Positions 60,632 through 64,000 of a DNA stretch of 64,000 bases are shown here, one piece after another. The notes under the pieces were generated by a model that was not told the origin of the DNA, did not search any database, and worked only from the letters and a program-made list of their open reading frames with translations. Location of the stretch: assembly GCA_035063585.1 (NCBI GenBank), contig JAPSGB010000008.1:96001-160000 (forward strand). Reading direction: 5' to 3'. The translations under genes and the position numbers were made by a program. Source of the stretch: Polyangiaceae bacterium (GTDB lineage Bacteria; Myxococcota_A; Polyangia; Polyangiales; Polyangiaceae). Each line of letters opens with the position of its first letter. Position 1 is the first letter of the stretch.

Positions 60632-61960
60632 TCAGCCGGGCTCTCGGCGGCTCTTCCGGCGGTAGCGCACCATGACCGGCACCGATTCGAAGCCGAAGGC
60701 CTTGCGGAGCTGCCCGACCACGAAGCGCTTGTAGCTGTCCTTGATGGACTCGGGCGCGTTGCTCATGGCGACGAACACGGGCGGTGAGGTCTCGGCTTGG
60801 GTGACGTAATAGATGCGCGGCGCGCGGCCGCCATGGGTCGGGGGCGGGTGGGTCGAGAGCACCTGCTCGAAGAAGCGGTTCAGCTCTCCGGTCGGGACGC
60901 GACGGCGATACTCCTCCGCGGCGCGCCACGCGGTCTGCATCAGGTCGTCGATGCCTTCGCCGGTCTTCGCGCTGGTTCGCACGATGGGCGCCCAGCGCGC
61001 GAAGCGGAGCTCGTCCCGGGCCCGCTCCTCGGCGGCGTCGCGCTCCTTGCGGGTTCGGAGTAGGTCGACCTTGTTCAGCCCGACCACGATGGCGCGTCCG
61101 CGCTCGGCGCACAGCGTGAGCAGCCGCGCGTCCTGCTCGGCGACGCCCTCGGCGGCGTCGCACATGAGGATGACCACGTCGGCGCGGCCGACGGCCTTGA
61201 TCGAGCGCATCACGCTCTCCGCCTCGACGCCGCGGTCCACCCGCGACTTTCGCCGGATCCCCGCGGTATCGACGATGGTGAAGGCGTGGCCACCGTGCTC
61301 GACGCGTTGGTCGATGGCGTCGCGAGTGGTGCCGGGGCGGTGATCGACCAGCGAGCGGGCGCTCCCGGCGAGCCAGTTGAAGAGCGACGACTTGCCGGCG
61401 TTCGGACGACCGACCAGCGCGACGCGCGGCGGCGCGTCGTCGCTCGGCGGCTCGATGGCCTCTTCCGGCGGGACCACCTTCGCGAGCGCCGCTTCGAGCT
61501 CGGCGAGGCCGCGGCCGTGGAGCGCCGAGATGGGCACCACGCGCTCGACGCCCAGGGCGTAGAGCTCGTTCGACTCGAGCTCGGCGCGCGGGTTGTCCGC
61601 CTTGTTGGCGACGTAGACCACCGGCTTCTCGCTCCGGCGCAGCAGCCCGACCGTCTCGCGGTCCGCCGCGGTCGGGGCGAGGGTGGCGTCGAGCACGCAG
61701 AGCACCACGTCGGCCTCGCGGATCGCGAGCTCGACCTGTCGCGCGATGCCCTGCTGCATCGGGTCGTCCGAGTCCGGATCGAAGCCGCCCGTGTCGACCA
61801 GCACCAGATCTCTCCCGAAGAGGTGGGTGTCGGCGTAGTGCCGGTCGCGCGTGACGCCGGGCGCGTCATGCACGATGGCGAGACCCTTGCCGGCGAGGCG
61901 ATTGAAGAGCGTGCTCTTGCCCACGTTGGGCCGGCCGACGATGGCGATGAGGGGAGGCAT
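60632..61960 (-). CDS. der: Ribosome biogenesis GTPase Der (EngA)
   Basis: Tandem G domains GRPNVGKS/DTGG/NKAD and GRPNAGKS/DTAG/NKVD; KH-like C-terminus. Confidence 0.97.
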   Translation of the reverse strand: MPPLIAIVGRPNVGKSTLFNRLAGKGLAIVHDAPGVTRDRHYADTHLFGRDLVLVDTGGFDPDSDDPMQQGIARQVELAIREADVVLCVLDATLAPTAADRETVGLLRRSEKPVVYVANKADNPRAELESNELYALGVERVVPISALHGRGLAELEAALAKVVPPEEAIEPPSDDAPPRVALVGRPNAGKSSLFNWLAGSARSLVDHRPGTTRDAIDQRVEHGGHAFTIVDTAGIRRKSRVDRGVEAESVMRSIKAVGRADVVILMCDAAEGVAEQDARLLTLCAERGRAIVVGLNKVDLLRTRKERDAAEERARDELRFARWAPIVRTSAKTGEGIDDLMQTAWRAAEEYRRRVPTGELNRFFEQVLSTHPPPTHGGRAPRIYYVTQAETSPPVFVAMSNAPESIKDSYKRFVVGQLRKAFGFESVPVMVRYRRKSRREPG

Positions 61961-61964
61961 TCGG

Positions 61965-62966
61965 TCAGCTCCGGCGGCGGGTCCGCTGCTTCGGCGCGTC
62001 TGCGACGAGCTGGGTGAGCCCGGGTGACTCGGGCGCGCTGTAGCCGAGCTCGGCGAGCTGACGCGGAACGTCGCGCCAGCGCGGGCTCACCCGCACGAAG
62101 AGCTCGAGGTGGACGGGCTTGCCGACCAGCGCCTCGATACGCTCGCGTGCGGCGATGCCGACCGCGCGGATCTGTCCGCCGCCCTTGCCGACCAGGATGG
62201 TGCGCTGGCCGGGCTTGTCGACGTGGATGGTGGCCTTCACGACGAACGTCTTGGGAGAGTCGTCGATGCGGTCGATGGCGACCGCGGCCGCGTGCGGCAC
62301 CTCGCGGCCCAGCTGCTGCAGGATCGCCTCGCGCACGTACTCTCGCGCGAAGAACGAGGTCGGTCGATCGGTGAGCGTGTCCTCGTCGTAGCCCGCCGCG
62401 CCCTCGGGCAAGTGCGCGGCAGCGAGCGTGAGCACGCGCTCGACGTCGTCCGGCCGTCTCGCCGAGATGGGCACGATCTCGGTGAACTCGCGGAGCTTCG
62501 CGTACCCGTCGAGGAGCGGTAGGAGCTTGGCCTTGTCGCGGAGCACGTCGACCTTGTTCACCACGAGGAGGCAGGGCGTCAGGGGCGGGATGAGCGCGAG
62601 GAGCGCGGCGTCCTCCGGGTGCACCAGGCTCGCCGCGGGGGGCACCGCGCCGAGCGCCGCGTCGCGCCGCGGAGGGTGCGCGACGTGGGCCACGTCGGTC
62701 ATGAACAAGATCACCTCCGCGCGCCGCGCGGCCTCGAGTGCGGCGGCGTTCATGCGGCGACCGAGCTCGGAGTGGGGGCGGTGCAGCCCCGGGGTGTCGA
62801 TGAAGGCGATCTGCGCGCCGTCGCGATGAACCACGCCGAGCAGAGGATCGCGGGTGGTCTGGGCGCGTCGAGACACGATCGCCAGCGCCTCGCCGAGCGC
62901 GGCGTTCAGAAAGGTCGATTTCCCGACGTTGGAGCGGCCGAGCAGAGTCGCCGTACCGAAGCGCAT
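61965..62966 (-). CDS. era: GTPase Era
   Basis: GRSNVGKST, QTTR, DTPG, NKVD, EVPH, ILVGKGG KH domain. Confidence 0.97.
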   Translation of the reverse strand: MRFGTATLLGRSNVGKSTFLNAALGEALAIVSRRAQTTRDPLLGVVHRDGAQIAFIDTPGLHRPHSELGRRMNAAALEAARRAEVILFMTDVAHVAHPPRRDAALGAVPPAASLVHPEDAALLALIPPLTPCLLVVNKVDVLRDKAKLLPLLDGYAKLREFTEIVPISARRPDDVERVLTLAAAHLPEGAAGYDEDTLTDRPTSFFAREYVREAILQQLGREVPHAAAVAIDRIDDSPKTFVVKATIHVDKPGQRTILVGKGGGQIRAVGIAARERIEALVGKPVHLELFVRVSPRWRDVPRQLAELGYSAPESPGLTQLVADAPKQRTRRRS

Positions 62967-63081
62967 TTCGACGGAGGCGTAGCGCAGCCGCGCGGCGAGG
63001 GGGACGCATTTCGCTCGGGCCCGGGCCCGAGCGCCCGGCGGATCGGGAATCTGCTAAGGTCCCGCCCCTCGGAAGAAGCCC

Positions 63082-64000
63082 ATGGTCGATGAAGAGGCGC
63101 GCCCGGAGGGCGACGACGTGGAGGCGGTCCCGGCTGAGCCGGCAGGGGAGGCGGGGCGCGCGGATGAGCCCGCGGCGATGGAGGAATCCCGGGGCGACGC
63201 CCCGCGCGCGGCCGCTCGCCGCCCGTGGCTCACCGGTCTCGCGGCGCTGGTCACGCTGGCGAGCTTGTTCGGGCCCCTCTCCGCGAGCGGGATCTGGGAT
63301 CCGCCCGAGCTCCGCGTGGCGGATCTTGCCCGGCGGATCGCGGTGAACCTGCTCGGCGCACGGGACCTGGTGCTCGACGGCGCCAACAACGCGATCCCGA
63401 CGCTCGGCGAGCTCGCGCGCGGCCAGCTCCCGTTCACCTCGGTGGCGCTCGGGTTCAAGCTGTTCGGCCTGCACGACTGGGCGGGTCGGCTCCCGCTAGC
63501 GCTCTGGGGTATGCTCGGGGTGCTGGCGACGTGGACGCTGATCGCTCGCCTCGCCGACCGTGCGGCGGCCGCGTTCTCCGTGCTCGCGCTCGCGACCATG
63601 CCGCTCTACTTCCTGCACGCGCGCACCATCCTGGGCGACATCGTCACGATGGCCTCGCTCGCCATCGCCGTAGCCGGCCTCGCGCTCGCCGCTTTCGACC
63701 GCGGGGCGCGCTGGCGCCCGGCGTGGCTGTTGCTCGGCGTGGCAGGGATGGCGTCGGGGTTCGGCTCGCGCGGGGTGCTCATCGGCGTCGCGCTCCCGGC
63801 GCTCGGGGTCGGCGCCGCGTGGCTGGTCCTCGCCGTCGGTGGCGAGCGCCGCGCGGGCGACCGCTTTGGCGCCGCCATCGGTGGCTTCGCGCTCCTCACC
63901 GGCGCGATCGCGCTCGGGCTGGGGGTGAACGCGCTCACGCACGCCGCCGCGCAGCCCGCTCGAGCGCTCATGACGCTCGGGGTGGCGGTCGACCCGCCCC
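63082..64000 (+). CDS. ArnT/PMT-like GT-C membrane glycosyltransferase, truncated by the window edge
   Basis: Not in the ORF track (no stop in window); MVDEE..SGIWDPPEL..A.R, FGLHDWAGRLP.A, ARTILGD. Confidence 0.8.
   Translation, partial: MVDEEARPEGDDVEAVPAEPAGEAGRADEPAAMEESRGDAPRAAARRPWLTGLAALVTLASLFGPLSASGIWDPPELRVADLARRIAVNLLGARDLVLDGANNAIPTLGELARGQLPFTSVALGFKLFGLHDWAGRLPLALWGMLGVLATWTLIARLADRAAAAFSVLALATMPLYFLHARTILGDIVTMASLAIAVAGLALAAFDRGARWRPAWLLLGVAGMASGFGSRGVLIGVALPALGVGAAWLVLAVGGERRAGDRFGAAIGGFALLTGAIALGLGVNALTHAAAQPARALMTLGVAVDPP

Overview
Very GC-rich (roughly 70-75% by eye), densely coding bacterial chromosome segment. Gene content points to Myxococcota, probably Polyangia/Sorangiineae (inference): pilC-pilS, three Hanks-type Ser/Thr kinases, FHA/PP2C proteins, Gly/Cys-rich lipoproteins, and an ArsA-like ATPase. 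About 55 genes can be called. Main blocks: 3' end of pilC plus pilS; lysC; gcvT-gcvH-gcvPA; a tightly packed fimU-pilV-pilW-pilX-pilY1-lipoprotein type IVa pilus tip cassette behind a clear sigma54 (-24/-12) motif with two upstream inverted repeats; site-2 protease-scpA-scpB; larB-larC; an FHA-PP2C-OppB-like-OppC-like-thioredoxin/rhodanese operon; ltaE; der-era. I found no rRNA, tRNA, CRISPR array, transposase, integrase or prophage gene. Best second-look items: the sigma54 pilus-tip cassette (degenerate PilY1 Ca loop plus coupled lipoprotein), the phospho-signalling/permease/redox operon, a dispersed ~20-bp REP-like element at gene 3' ends, an orphan FliR/SctT gene, LarC with an N-terminal (HGHSHE)n tract, a kinase-pseudoreceiver fusion, a lone perfect DnaA box, and several orphan halves of normally paired systems. 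All calls come from motif reading only; no database searches were run, and several start codons were re-picked by hand.
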